Assembly (NCBI GenBank): GCA_000996895.1
Contig: LCBB01000001.1
Span: 2,542-66,541 of the forward strand
Direction of reading: 5' to 3'
Length of the DNA: 64,000 nt
Source of the DNA: a candidate division WWE3 bacterium GW2011_GWC2_41_23
GTDB taxonomy: Bacteria; Patescibacteriota; WWE3; UBA101185; UBA10185
Part shown: positions 8,675 through 18,010 of the stretch, in pieces
How positions within the stretch are numbered: the first letter of the stretch is position 1
Layout of the letters: each line of letters begins with the position of its first letter
Program-made: the position numbers and the translations under genes
The notes under the pieces: model-generated
Databases searched by the model: none
The model's input: the letters and a program-made list of their open reading frames with translations, nothing else
What the model was told of the DNA's origin: nothing

Positions 8675-9445
8675 TTGTATACTCCACTTATGCTGAAATT
8701 GATTGATATCGTAGTGTTGCGCAGTGTAAATCCAATTAAAATTGTAAATCGTCCTAGTGTTAAAACATTGGAGTTTCTTAACAATCTTATTAGGACAAAA
8801 GGTATTGAGGAATTTATTGAAAACGCAAGGCGTCAATATAAGATAAGTGACGCTGGATTAGACATCCGTAAGCTAGTGGGGGTTAACTTGTATGATCTCG
8901 GTGATACAAATATTAATGCTTTTAAAATTATTGCGGACGAGTATGTTCGTAGTACTGGCATGCCTTCTGAACAAGCTCTTGAAATATTTTTACTGGTTAT
9001 GTTCAACGCTATAATAGATCTTAAGTATTTTAAAAGCGCACCTTCTGACCCCAATGAGTTTGTATTTGGGCGTAGAAAAATAGCCGATAAAATGTGGGAG
9101 TATTCGCACGAAGTAGGTGCAATTATAGTCCCTTTTGACGTGTCTAAGACCAAGCTAAAAAAATGGATAGATACAAACTGGAAGCTTATAAGTGAGGATA
9201 TGATAAACAATTTTACTTCAAACCCATTTATTCTAGGTATCCATGAAAATTTGATATACGAGGAAGAGATAAGAGAATTAAAAGAAGAGAAAGGCAAATC
9301 CTTTGCTCAGGTTACTGAAATATTACAAGGTAAATACCCCAAAGATAAGTGGAAGCTTTCCAGAGTTAAAAAAGTCTACTACGACGCACGCCAAAGGGAA
9401 ACCTTACAGAAGTTGAAACAACAACGCGATCTTCAGACACCTTGA
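8675..9445 (+). CDS. Hypothetical protein (256 aa), divergent from the ATPase operon
   Basis: Long ORF, Lys/Glu-rich at the C-terminus, no recognised motif. The start is uncertain (possibly the Met at 8690). Confidence 0.45.
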   Translation: MYTPLMLKLIDIVVLRSVNPIKIVNRPSVKTLEFLNNLIRTKGIEEFIENARRQYKISDAGLDIRKLVGVNLYDLGDTNINAFKIIADEYVRSTGMPSEQALEIFLLVMFNAIIDLKYFKSAPSDPNEFVFGRRKIADKMWEYSHEVGAIIVPFDVSKTKLKKWIDTNWKLISEDMINNFTSNPFILGIHENLIYEEEIRELKEEKGKSFAQVTEILQGKYPKDKWKLSRVKKVYYDARQRETLQKLKQQRDLQTP

Positions 9446-9647
9446 ATAGTTCCTGTTAGGTGACTAGTTTATAAATCTTATACATTCAGCTAAGTATGCT
9501 GAGTGGCAACAATCTAGACAAACTAACAGAATACCTTCGTAGACTTGGGTACACCAGTCTAAGCGTGAGCGAAACAATTTCAGCCTTTACGGCAATTACT
9601 CCTGTTTTAGCTTCAATATCCTTACGTATTTATCAGGAGAAAATGAA

Positions 9648-10730
9648 ATGATAGATACTCTAAGGTTTAAAATATTGGGCAGCAAAGAAATATATAACGC
9701 GATAAAAAATAAAGGAATAGAAAGAGTTATGTGGGATTATGCAGAAGATAAGCAAAAACATGTATCGGTTTATCAATTAATCCTAGTACCCAGTAAGGAA
9801 TGCAAAATATACATTCAAGCACAGGATTACGAGCACTTTTTTGTAGAGTTTTCCTTACCTAAAGTTTTGTTTGGTACAAATGTGTTCATGATCTACCCCG
9901 AACAGGTTACTGCCACTCTAATTGAAGTTTATAGGATAATTCGTAATTTTTTGAAGCTACCGATAGATTCAATAGATAATTGGATAGTGCAAAGGGTTGA
10001 TTATAGCTATGTTTGGAAATTTGATAATGCTATGCAAGCTCTTTGGGTACTCGAGAACATGGCAAAGTTTCAATACCCAAGGAAAAATGTAACTATCAGG
10101 GACACGTCTGTAACTATTAATGGCACGACCGAAAGAATGATCTTCTACTTAAAGCATGAAGAATATGTAGATAAGACTTACAAGAAATTAGCAAAAACAC
10201 AGCCAAGGATTGCTGAGTTTCTTTTTGAGGAGTCCAAAAACACATTGAGGTTTGAAATAGTACACATGAAGGCTAAATTAAATAGCATTTTTGGGAGTGA
10301 AGTTACTTACAAGGAAGTTTTGGGTGAGAAATATATCATTAGCACCTTGAATGAAGCACTGAAGACTTTTTGTAATTCTAATACACTGATCTCAATGACG
10401 TGGCACGAGGCAGTAGAACTTGTTTATTCAAAATTATCGGGTCGTGAGGCCTTTAATTTATACGGCTTTCTGTGCATGTATTACCCATACGACATGTCTC
10501 AGAGGGAATATAACAGAGCGTTTTTAAAGCAAAACATTAGTCCATCAACCATATATAAGTATAAAGAAAAATTCAAGGAGATTGGTGGTGGAATACTATT
10601 TAGTAATCCTGAGTTTAAGGCTATAGACTTGAATATTCCTAATATTCGTGTAATTAATACGGAAGATCGTGTCGCGGATATAGCGAAAGCGATCCGCGAC
10701 CTCCGTATTGATGATTTGCAATCTGTTTAA
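9648..10730 (+). CDS. Hypothetical protein (360 aa), possible replication or mobilisation protein of the island
   Basis: AGGAGA SD before the ATG. Long ORF immediately upstream of the serine recombinase. No motif confirmed. Confidence 0.45.
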   Translation: MIDTLRFKILGSKEIYNAIKNKGIERVMWDYAEDKQKHVSVYQLILVPSKECKIYIQAQDYEHFFVEFSLPKVLFGTNVFMIYPEQVTATLIEVYRIIRNFLKLPIDSIDNWIVQRVDYSYVWKFDNAMQALWVLENMAKFQYPRKNVTIRDTSVTINGTTERMIFYLKHEEYVDKTYKKLAKTQPRIAEFLFEESKNTLRFEIVHMKAKLNSIFGSEVTYKEVLGEKYIISTLNEALKTFCNSNTLISMTWHEAVELVYSKLSGREAFNLYGFLCMYYPYDMSQREYNRAFLKQNISPSTIYKYKEKFKEIGGGILFSNPEFKAIDLNIPNIRVINTEDRVADIAKAIRDLRIDDLQSV

Positions 10731-10773
10731 CTGCGTACTCTAATAGCAGTTAAACATTTCTATATAGAAATAT

Positions 10774-12408
10774 ATGAATGAATTAAGAAATAAGAATTGC
10801 ATACTTTTCTGTAGAGTCTCTTCAAGAGAGCAAGAAGAAACTGGCTACTCCCTTCCTGCGCAACAGTCTTATCTCCAAGCCTACACGAATAGAAGTCGTT
10901 TAAATGTGATTAGGGCTTTTAACATTTCTGAAAGTGCTAGTGGTAGAAAAGCACGTGTGGAGTTTAATCAGATGTTAGATTACGTTAGGAAACAAAACAT
11001 CAACGTAATTATCTGCGAGAAGGTGGATAGGCTGACAAGGAATCAAAAAGATGCCTTGACGATAGATGATTGGGTTAAAGAAGATGTTTTTCACGAGGTA
11101 CATTTTGTTAAAAATTCATTTATTCTAAATAAGGAGTCAAAGGCTAGTGATAAGTTCGTTTGGAATATTCACGTATCTCAAGCTCAGTTTAATATAGAAA
11201 ACCTCTCAGAAGAGGTTAAGAAGGGTCAAAACGAGAAGATTTCAGAGGGTTGGTATCCATCTCAAGCACCCGTTGGGTACAGGTCAGGTCTGAACGGAAA
11301 AAAGAAGATTATAGAGCTAGATCCAAACACAGCACCGTTAATGGAGAGGGTACTAGTTGAGTATTCTACAGGTGTTCATTCCGTGTTATCTATTTGTAGA
11401 TTTGCTCAAAAAATCGGATTAAGAAATCTCAAAGGTAATTTTATAGCTAAAACTTCCATGCACAGGATTTTACAAAACCCCTTTTATTACGGAATGTTTA
11501 CATGGAATAAAGCCAGTTATGTTGGTAATCACCCAGCCATTATTGATAAAGATACATTCGATAAAATTCAAAAGTATTTGAAGCGAAAGACTCCTCTTGT
11601 TTATAGACAACTTAATGCTCTTTATAGTGGTATTTTGCATTGTAAGGATTGTGGAGGATTAATTACTTGGGAAAGTCATAAAGGTCATCAGTATGGTTAT
11701 TGTAAGGGCTGTAGAGGTAAACGCGGAGTTAAAGAACCTGAAATTAATAAACCAATTCAAAAGTTATTTGGTAACGCTAAGATACATAAAAAGCAGGTCG
11801 CTGATGCAGTTCGTGAAGGTGTTATTTCTTATGTGAAGAACTCTTACGGTATTGTTGGTAAATCTAATGCACAGATTGAAAAGGATATTGAAAAATATAC
11901 TAATAGGTTGAGTAAGCTTTATGATGATCGTGCTGACGGGCTGTTAACTCCTGAAATGTACTTCAACAAATTTGCAGAATATAACAACACACTCACTGAT
12001 TTGAGAATTCAGTTAAAAGAAAATAGCCAGCATAAGGAGTTTTTTGATATTGAAGGTTTTAAGCAATTCTTTGAAGGTTCTCAGAATTTGGAACTGTATT
12101 ATGAGAAAGCTACTAAAGACGAAAAAAGAAAACTACTTAAATTCGCTTTTGAAGATTTAGCTTACGCTAATAATTCTTTGGGATATAACTTTTCTAAGGC
12201 TTATTTATTACTTTATAAGGCTGTTGAGATTACTAATAGTTCGGAAATCAAAAATATTAAGGAATTTCAGGAATATATTTCCGAACCTGACGAATTAGTT
12301 GCTAGTAAAACAAAAAATGACTCTTTTCGAGCTATTCGTTCCTCTTGGCTGGGGGATAGGGATTCGAACCCCAATAGGCGGGACCAAAACCCGCAGTCCT
12401 ACCGTTAG
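10774..12408 (+). CDS. Large serine recombinase (resolvase/invertase N-domain, recombinase domain and zinc ribbon)
   Basis: N-terminal CILFCRVSSREQ with the catalytic Ser in RVSS. Central recombinase domain, Cys cluster CKDCGG...HQYGYCKGC (zinc ribbon), then a coiled-coil-like tail. The last ~21 codons are read through the antisense of tRNA-Gln. Confidence 0.85.
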   Translation: MNELRNKNCILFCRVSSREQEETGYSLPAQQSYLQAYTNRSRLNVIRAFNISESASGRKARVEFNQMLDYVRKQNINVIICEKVDRLTRNQKDALTIDDWVKEDVFHEVHFVKNSFILNKESKASDKFVWNIHVSQAQFNIENLSEEVKKGQNEKISEGWYPSQAPVGYRSGLNGKKKIIELDPNTAPLMERVLVEYSTGVHSVLSICRFAQKIGLRNLKGNFIAKTSMHRILQNPFYYGMFTWNKASYVGNHPAIIDKDTFDKIQKYLKRKTPLVYRQLNALYSGILHCKDCGGLITWESHKGHQYGYCKGCRGKRGVKEPEINKPIQKLFGNAKIHKKQVADAVREGVISYVKNSYGIVGKSNAQIEKDIEKYTNRLSKLYDDRADGLLTPEMYFNKFAEYNNTLTDLRIQLKENSQHKEFFDIEGFKQFFEGSQNLELYYEKATKDEKRKLLKFAFEDLAYANNSLGYNFSKAYLLLYKAVEITNSSEIKNIKEFQEYISEPDELVASKTKNDSFRAIRSSWLGDRDSNPNRRDQNPQSYR

Positions 12409-12419
12409 ACGATCCCCCA
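12346..12419 (-). tRNA. tRNA-Gln (anticodon UUG)
   Basis: Reverse complement TGGGGGATCGTCTAACGGTAGGACTGCGGGTTTTGGTCCCGCCTATTGGGGTTCGAATCCCTATCCCCCAGCCA. U1-A72 pair, G73 discriminator, anticodon loop TTTTGGT giving UUG, T-loop TTCGAAT, CCA encoded. Confidence 0.8.
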
Positions 12420-12513
12420 ATGACAAATTATTATAGCATCTAAAAAACTTGTATCCTCAGAGAAATCTCAAATTCTTACCTCTTCCTAACCCTCCCCCAA
12501 ACTCCAACCCCCC

Positions 12514-13329
12514 CTAATCCTCCATCATCTGCCTCAACATCCCCATCTTCGCATCCATAGCCTCTTCTCCGCACGATACGATTCCTTTTTCTTTTACAAA
12601 ATTCTTGAATAAACTAAATTTTCCTTCCGGGATTTTAGGGTTTAAAGCAATGTCGGCATCGTCCAGGTTTTCTACGGCCATTCTATTTAAAAGCATTTGG
12701 TAAGAAAGTCTAAAAACCTCACGTGTGGTAAGTTTCATCTTGCCTTCTATGGCTGCGGTCAGGGGAAATATGTTTCCGTACAAGTTAACTCCTATAACAA
12801 GGTCCGCTCCCATCTGATACGCCATCTTCGCTGGCACGGGAGTTGAATTTCCTCCGTCCACCAGCTTTTTTCCGTCAATGGTTACCGGTGCCAGAACCAG
12901 GGGTATTGAAATACTTGCCCTTATTGCCGTAGCCAAATTGCCCTTACCTAAATAAACAGTTTCTCCGGTTAAAATATCGGTTGCCACGGCCTTAAAAGGT
13001 ATTTTTAGCTGTTCGATTTTCACGCCTTTTAGAAATACCTCTAAAAACTGCAGGAATTTGTTGCCTTTTAACAAACCTAAATCAGCCATCGGGTCCGACA
13101 AAACTCTGAAAAGATCCTGGTATTTGATTCCCGCGATAATCTCCTCTATTTTTGAAACTTCTCCGTAATAGGCATATAAACCCCCGACAAGAGCTCCGAT
13201 ACTTGAACCTGTAATGTAATCAACGGGAATATTATTTTTCTCGAGGGATTTTAAAACTCCGATATGCGCAAGGCCTCTCCAGCCTCCGCTCCCCAAAGCC
13301 AATCCGATCTTTACTTTTTTTCCGCTCAT
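12514..13329 (-). CDS. Patatin-like phospholipase
   Basis: Oxyanion-hole GSGGWRG and nucleophile elbow GSSIG (GxSxG), plus DGG near the C-terminal half (catalytic Asp). Confidence 0.8.
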   Translation of the reverse strand: MSGKKVKIGLALGSGGWRGLAHIGVLKSLEKNNIPVDYITGSSIGALVGGLYAYYGEVSKIEEIIAGIKYQDLFRVLSDPMADLGLLKGNKFLQFLEVFLKGVKIEQLKIPFKAVATDILTGETVYLGKGNLATAIRASISIPLVLAPVTIDGKKLVDGGNSTPVPAKMAYQMGADLVIGVNLYGNIFPLTAAIEGKMKLTTREVFRLSYQMLLNRMAVENLDDADIALNPKIPEGKFSLFKNFVKEKGIVSCGEEAMDAKMGMLRQMMED

Positions 13330-13775
13330 TTTATTTCAACAAAAGTTTCGTCAATTAAATTTCCGAATCCGTCTTCCATTGTAATCCTATATTCCCCCGG
13401 ATTTAAGTTTGTAATTGCTCCAAAGATTTCGTAGTAAACATAAATCTCCTCTTCAGTGAATTCATTGTCCCTTAAAATCACCGTGATATTAGGATCAACT
13501 ACTAAAAATGGAAAGGACGGTTGAAATTTTAACTTACGCCTCATCTGAGCGGTTTCAAAATTTCCTTTTAGGTCGTAAAACTTTGTCTCAAGTAAAATGG
13601 AATCTTCCTGCGCCGTTACTTTTAGCGGAAGTTGTTTTGCATCATCTATAACCTGACTTTTTATCTCGTAATTAAATTTTGGAGAAGACACCTTCACTAA
13701 AAGTATAAAACCGGTAGCGAGGGCGAAAACCAGCGCCAGTATAAGGACGATTTTTCTTTTTGTCTGAAACGTCAT
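13326..13775 (-). CDS. Membrane-anchored protein (149 aa), co-translated with the patatin-like lipase
   Basis: N-terminal TM helix ILALVFALATGFILLV. Its stop overlaps the patatin start in an ATGA arrangement. Confidence 0.5.
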   Translation of the reverse strand: MTFQTKRKIVLILALVFALATGFILLVKVSSPKFNYEIKSQVIDDAKQLPLKVTAQEDSILLETKFYDLKGNFETAQMRRKLKFQPSFPFLVVDPNITVILRDNEFTEEEIYVYYEIFGAITNLNPGEYRITMEDGFGNLIDETFVEIK

Positions 13776-13781
13776 GACCCT

Positions 13782-14513
13782 ATGTTACCATATACCGGTA
13801 TGGTATTACCTCAAAAACACACCGGTACTGTGGTAGAAAAGAAGGCTGTTTCTCCTTTAGTTACGTGGTTAAGACTCAAAATTGAGGGAGTTTCCGACTT
13901 TTCTTTTATCCCCGGCCAGTTCATAAATCTTGAAGTAGGTGACGGAATCTACCGTTCTTACTCTATTTGCAACGATACTGTAGGCGGGGGCTTTGTAGAA
14001 CTTGCCGCCATCACCGGACGCCCGGGTTTGGGGGCTAACCTTATCAATTCTTTGAAAATAGACTCGTCTGTGGGCTTTGTAGGCCCTTCCGGACGCTATT
14101 CTTATAGAAAAGGCGGCCGAAAGAACGTAGTTTTTGTGGCTACCTCTACCGGCATTGCCCCCTTTATTCCTATGATAGGTCAGGCTTTAGAGGATCCTTT
14201 TGTAGAGTCTATTACACTGGTATTCGGCGTACGCGACCAGGAAGACGTCTTTTTCGAGGACAAATTCAAGAAGTTTTTAGAGATGTCACCCAAATTTAGC
14301 TACTTTATATGTTTGTCGGGAGTTGCCGACGGACTTAAACCGCCCTATTTTGCAAACCGAGTAACCTTTTGTTTACCCGATTTTGTTAAGGATGCTACTG
14401 ATTTTTACTTATGCGGAAACACCGCGATGATCCGCGACTGTTCTGATATTATTAGTAAAGCGGGGTTAGAAGATTTTGCTATTTATACCGAGGCTTTTAA
14501 CCCGAATTTGTAA
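13782..14513 (+). CDS. FNR-like FAD/NAD(P)-binding oxidoreductase (ferredoxin-NADP reductase family)
   Basis: RSYSI (RxYS FAD-binding motif) and VFVATSTGIAPF (NAD(P)-binding GxGxxP-like), with the typical two-domain length of 243 aa. Confidence 0.65.
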   Translation: MLPYTGMVLPQKHTGTVVEKKAVSPLVTWLRLKIEGVSDFSFIPGQFINLEVGDGIYRSYSICNDTVGGGFVELAAITGRPGLGANLINSLKIDSSVGFVGPSGRYSYRKGGRKNVVFVATSTGIAPFIPMIGQALEDPFVESITLVFGVRDQEDVFFEDKFKKFLEMSPKFSYFICLSGVADGLKPPYFANRVTFCLPDFVKDATDFYLCGNTAMIRDCSDIISKAGLEDFAIYTEAFNPNL

Positions 14514-14515
14514 GT

Positions 14516-15358
14516 ATGGGCGGAAAAGAAGGATACACAAAAGAAGAATATTTTACTGCATCGGACGACATTGCTGATTCGATAAAAGCTGAGTATTCTT
14601 CGGTGTCTCCCGAGGAGCAGGAGTTTGTTAATGTCATAGCTCAGGGGATTAAAGACTACGTTGTCCAGACCTACGGCGAACACATCTCAAAGGATATGAA
14701 GGAGATGCTCGAGACTGCAAATAAAAGAATAGTAATGGTCGATAACGAAGGTTTTAAGAATCTATCTGAAGATTGGAAACCCGAAAGTGCGTTGCCGGCA
14801 CCTGAAGGAGCCGCATATTTCTCAAAAATCGGAAACCTGGTGATTATGCGCGATATGATAGAACACTCTAAAGTAATCTGGGAACAAGGTAAAGAAATGT
14901 TCGAATCCCTTCCCGAGGACCAAAAAAGAATGGTACTCCCGTACATACGTTTTTCGCTAGTTACACAAGCGCTTATTCACGAACTTGTACACTCTTGTCA
15001 GGAAGATACGGGCGAACACCGCAATAAGAACGTATACCGAAGGATGGCCCTGGATGAGTGCGGTGCTTCATGCCTAACCGATAAGATTATGAAAGAGAGA
15101 TACCCAAAGGGAAACTTTCTTGAAAGTAAGGATAGCAAAATCAGGATAGATACGTTCAATTATTTGCTTGGAAAGTACGGGGATGAAGTTTACGATGTTT
15201 TTTTCAACAATGTTCCTGAAGTAGCCGTTGATAAAGCAAGACACGAAGAACTTCAGAAGAATATATACTCGGAGTTTGGAACTAAAAAACTTGTACAGGT
15301 AGGTATACTTGACGATGATAAAGCGGGTGTCTACGATCACATGAGTGAGAGTTGGTAG
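14516..15358 (+). CDS. Hypothetical protein with HExxH motif (HELVH)
   Basis: 280-aa hydrophilic ORF. HELVHSCQED suggests a possible metal-binding or metallopeptidase-like site. Otherwise unrecognised. Confidence 0.45.
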   Translation: MGGKEGYTKEEYFTASDDIADSIKAEYSSVSPEEQEFVNVIAQGIKDYVVQTYGEHISKDMKEMLETANKRIVMVDNEGFKNLSEDWKPESALPAPEGAAYFSKIGNLVIMRDMIEHSKVIWEQGKEMFESLPEDQKRMVLPYIRFSLVTQALIHELVHSCQEDTGEHRNKNVYRRMALDECGASCLTDKIMKERYPKGNFLESKDSKIRIDTFNYLLGKYGDEVYDVFFNNVPEVAVDKARHEELQKNIYSEFGTKKLVQVGILDDDKAGVYDHMSESW

Positions 15359-15361
15359 TAA

Positions 15362-15400
15362 AAAAATCCCCGTCTATCTTCGCTTTTGGCAAAGTTAAAC
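15362..15400 (-). terminator. Candidate intrinsic terminator of the copper operon (minus strand)
   Basis: Minus-strand hairpin ccccgt...acgggg followed by ATTTTTTTAC. It lies between convergent genes. Confidence 0.4.
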
Positions 15401-15416
15401 GGGGTGTAAAGCAGGG

Positions 15417-15647
15417 TTACTTAATCATCAGCAGATACACGGAAACAATCACTCCGAGGAAGGAAGCAATGGCAGATTTAGTGTATTTTGCCAAGGCGAA
15501 CCCGACCGCGGAAATAAAAAGGGAGCCGCCGAGAAAAATAATTGGTGTGAAGTGGTGTCTTCCGAATATAACCAGGGTTATTAACGCCCAGCAGGTAAAA
15601 TTTAGGCCCAACATTCCAAAGGTTGCCGCTATCGATTTTTGCTCCAT
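15417..15647 (-). CDS. Small two-TM membrane protein (76 aa) at the end of the cop operon
   Basis: Two hydrophobic helices. Preferred over the overlapping plus-strand 110-aa ORF because of operon context and hydrophobicity pattern. Confidence 0.4.
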   Translation of the reverse strand: MEQKSIAATFGMLGLNFTCWALITLVIFGRHHFTPIIFLGGSLFISAVGFALAKYTKSAIASFLGVIVSVYLLMIK

Positions 15648-15721
15648 TTCATTCTCCTTTTCTAGCGCTGATTTTGTCCTATAGTATACAAATGGGGGTA
15701 AAAAGTCAACAGTACCGCTAA

Positions 15722-17947
15722 TTAGCCTTTTCTGCCCAGCCTCAAGCTGTTTGCCACAACACTAATAGAACTTAATGCCATCGCGGCGGCCGCTATTGCA
15801 GGAGAAAGCATTATTCCGAAAAAGGGATATAAAATACCTGCAGCTACGGGAATTCCCACCGAGTTGTACCCGAATGCCCAGAATAAATTCTGTTTAATAA
15901 TACGTAAGGTTCTTTTAGAAATCTTAATTAGTTTATAAACCCTTGAAATATCCCCGCCCAGCAGTATTACATCCCCCGACTGCATTGCTATATCCGTTCC
16001 TGTTCCCATTGCGATGCCTACGTCGGCCGTAGCAAGAGCAGGAGAATCGTTTATGCCGTCTCCTACCATTGCAACCGGTTCTTCCGGGTGGGTTTTCTTA
16101 AGGTCCAAGATTACATCCGCTTTTTGTGACGGAAGCACTTCTGCCATAACATTTTTTATTCCCGCAATCTGCGCCGCGTAATTAGCATTTGATTTTGTAT
16201 CCCCGGTTAAAAGATATGTGGTAATTCCGATATTATGTAGTTTTTCAATTATTGAGGGCGTATCTTCTTTCATCTCATCTCTCAGGAAAAATATACCCAC
16301 AACGTCGTTATTTATTGTAACGGCTACAGGAGTTGAGACACCGTCTCCTTTGTATTCTTCTTCACTTACTCTTCCCACAAAAATTTGGTTCTCCCCTACC
16401 CTACCCTCTATTCCTTTTCCGGGAATGTTTTTAAACTCGTTCACGTCTTCCGACTTAACAACGCCCCGTTCTTTTAAAAAATCAACAATTGCCCTTGCCA
16501 ACGGGTGTTCTGATCGGGATTCAAGTGCCAAAACGTTTTGATAAACAGTGTCCTGATTTATTTTTTTAGAAATATGTTTGTATGTGTGAACTTCGGGGTA
16601 ACCCATTGTAATGGTTCCGGTTTTGTCAAAGACAATGTGCTTTATTTTTCCCGCCCGCTCCAAAGTTTTCGCGTCTTTAATTAATATTCCGTCCCGAGCT
16701 GCTGTACCGGAAGCGGTAACGATTGCGGTAGGTGTTGCTAAACCGAGCGCACACGGACACGCGATGATAAGGACGCTTGTAAAGGCGTACAGAGCGGTCC
16801 CGTAATCGCCGGGCTTTAATATCAGCCAAGCAGCCAGCGTTATAAAGGCCACGATTATTACTATCGGAACAAACACCGAGGAAACTTTGTCAGCAAGCCT
16901 TTGAATATCCGCGCGCGAACCCTGTGCGTCTTCCACAAGTCTGATTATCTGAGCTAAGACTGTGTCACTTCCGACGTGAACAGCTTCGTAAATAAAATAA
17001 CCGTCGTTGTTTATTGTTCCTCCAATTACTTTATCTCCTTCTTTTTTCTCAACCGGCATTGCTTCCCCTGAAATCATTGATTCGTCGACCGTGCTTTTTC
17101 CTTCCGTGATTACACCGTCAACGGGGATTTTAGTTCCGGGTTTTACTATTACTTTATCGTCTACTTTCACATCGGCGGCGTCAATTTCCTCTTCCTTGCC
17201 GTATTTCACTATAATCGCTTTCTTAACTTGCATTCCGATGAGGGATTTAACCGCCGAACCTGTATGTTTTTTACTGTTAGATTCTAAAAACCTACCGAGA
17301 AGAATAAAAAATATTATGAAAACGGCTGCCTCAAAATATTGTTCGCGTGCTGACAGCAGGTGTGGGAAAAAAGTAACAACGGTTGAATAAGCCCAAGCTA
17401 TAAATGTTCCCATCGCGATTAACGTATCCATATTTGCTGTACGGACTAGTATAGATTTAAACGCGGCCCGAAAAATCGATCTTCCGCCCCAAAAGACTAT
17501 TAAGGTAGCTAAAACGAATTGTCCGTAAATAAGAACAGGCGCGGCACTTCCAAGCATCATTTCAGGATCCGGAACTAACCCGGCTTTCGCTAAAAACATC
17601 CAGATCATTAATATAAAAAACGGAATAGCTCCCAAACCCGTAAGAATAACCGTTTGTTTGAGTTTTCTGTTTTCTTCGTGGTGCATATGGTCGGCGTCGT
17701 GTTCGTGACCTTCGTGGTGTTCTTCTTTACCGTCTACTATTTTATAGTTTCCTGCAGACGAAACTGCATGAGATATATCACCTAACGTAGTTAAAGAATC
17801 ATCGAAGCTTACCGTCATTTTTTCCGTGGCGAAATTCACAAAAACATCTTTGACACCGGCAACATTCTTTACGGAATTTTCTATTAATGCCTTGCAACTC
17901 GCGCAATGCATTCCGATGATTGGATAGGATTCTTTATTTATGGGCAT
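15722..17947 (-). CDS. copA: Copper-translocating P1B-type ATPase
   Basis: N-terminal [11 protein letters not shown], His-rich linker, CPC motif ([11 protein letters not shown]), DKTGT phosphorylation site, GDGINDSP hinge, 741 aa. Confidence 0.9.
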   Translation of the reverse strand: MPINKESYPIIGMHCASCKALIENSVKNVAGVKDVFVNFATEKMTVSFDDSLTTLGDISHAVSSAGNYKIVDGKEEHHEGHEHDADHMHHEENRKLKQTVILTGLGAIPFFILMIWMFLAKAGLVPDPEMMLGSAAPVLIYGQFVLATLIVFWGGRSIFRAAFKSILVRTANMDTLIAMGTFIAWAYSTVVTFFPHLLSAREQYFEAAVFIIFFILLGRFLESNSKKHTGSAVKSLIGMQVKKAIIVKYGKEEEIDAADVKVDDKVIVKPGTKIPVDGVITEGKSTVDESMISGEAMPVEKKEGDKVIGGTINNDGYFIYEAVHVGSDTVLAQIIRLVEDAQGSRADIQRLADKVSSVFVPIVIIVAFITLAAWLILKPGDYGTALYAFTSVLIIACPCALGLATPTAIVTASGTAARDGILIKDAKTLERAGKIKHIVFDKTGTITMGYPEVHTYKHISKKINQDTVYQNVLALESRSEHPLARAIVDFLKERGVVKSEDVNEFKNIPGKGIEGRVGENQIFVGRVSEEEYKGDGVSTPVAVTINNDVVGIFFLRDEMKEDTPSIIEKLHNIGITTYLLTGDTKSNANYAAQIAGIKNVMAEVLPSQKADVILDLKKTHPEEPVAMVGDGINDSPALATADVGIAMGTGTDIAMQSGDVILLGGDISRVYKLIKISKRTLRIIKQNLFWAFGYNSVGIPVAAGILYPFFGIMLSPAIAAAAMALSSISVVANSLRLGRKG

Positions 17948-18010
17948 AATTTCATTTTATGAGCAGAAGAAGTATCTTCTGCGAAGAAAAGAAGATGTTT
18001 ATTAACATCT

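Larger units (their letters stand above)
1..12345. mobile_element. AT-rich integrated genomic island at the 3' end of tRNA-Gln (left end at or beyond the window start; a possible internal boundary at about 3741)
   Basis: Visible composition shift at about 12.35 kb. A recombinase gene abuts and overlaps the tRNA. The cargo is accessory-type. The repeat family is confined to this segment. Confidence 0.6.

Noticed and set aside
9481-9530. Possible fourth or fifth copy of the structured repeat (gctgagtggcaacaatctagacaaac)
   Set aside because: It shares only short words (tgctgag, tctagacaa) in a different arrangement and is not convincingly the same element.
15352-15684. 110-aa plus-strand ORF
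   Set aside because: It is mutually exclusive with the minus-strand 76-aa two-TM ORF, which fits the cop operon. The plus ORF has no SD and would run through the terminator hairpin.
16218-17390. Antisense ORFs inside copA (107, 64 and 127 aa)
   Set aside because: They lie fully inside a well-supported P-type ATPase gene on the opposite strand and have Ser/Pro/Thr-rich low-complexity translations.
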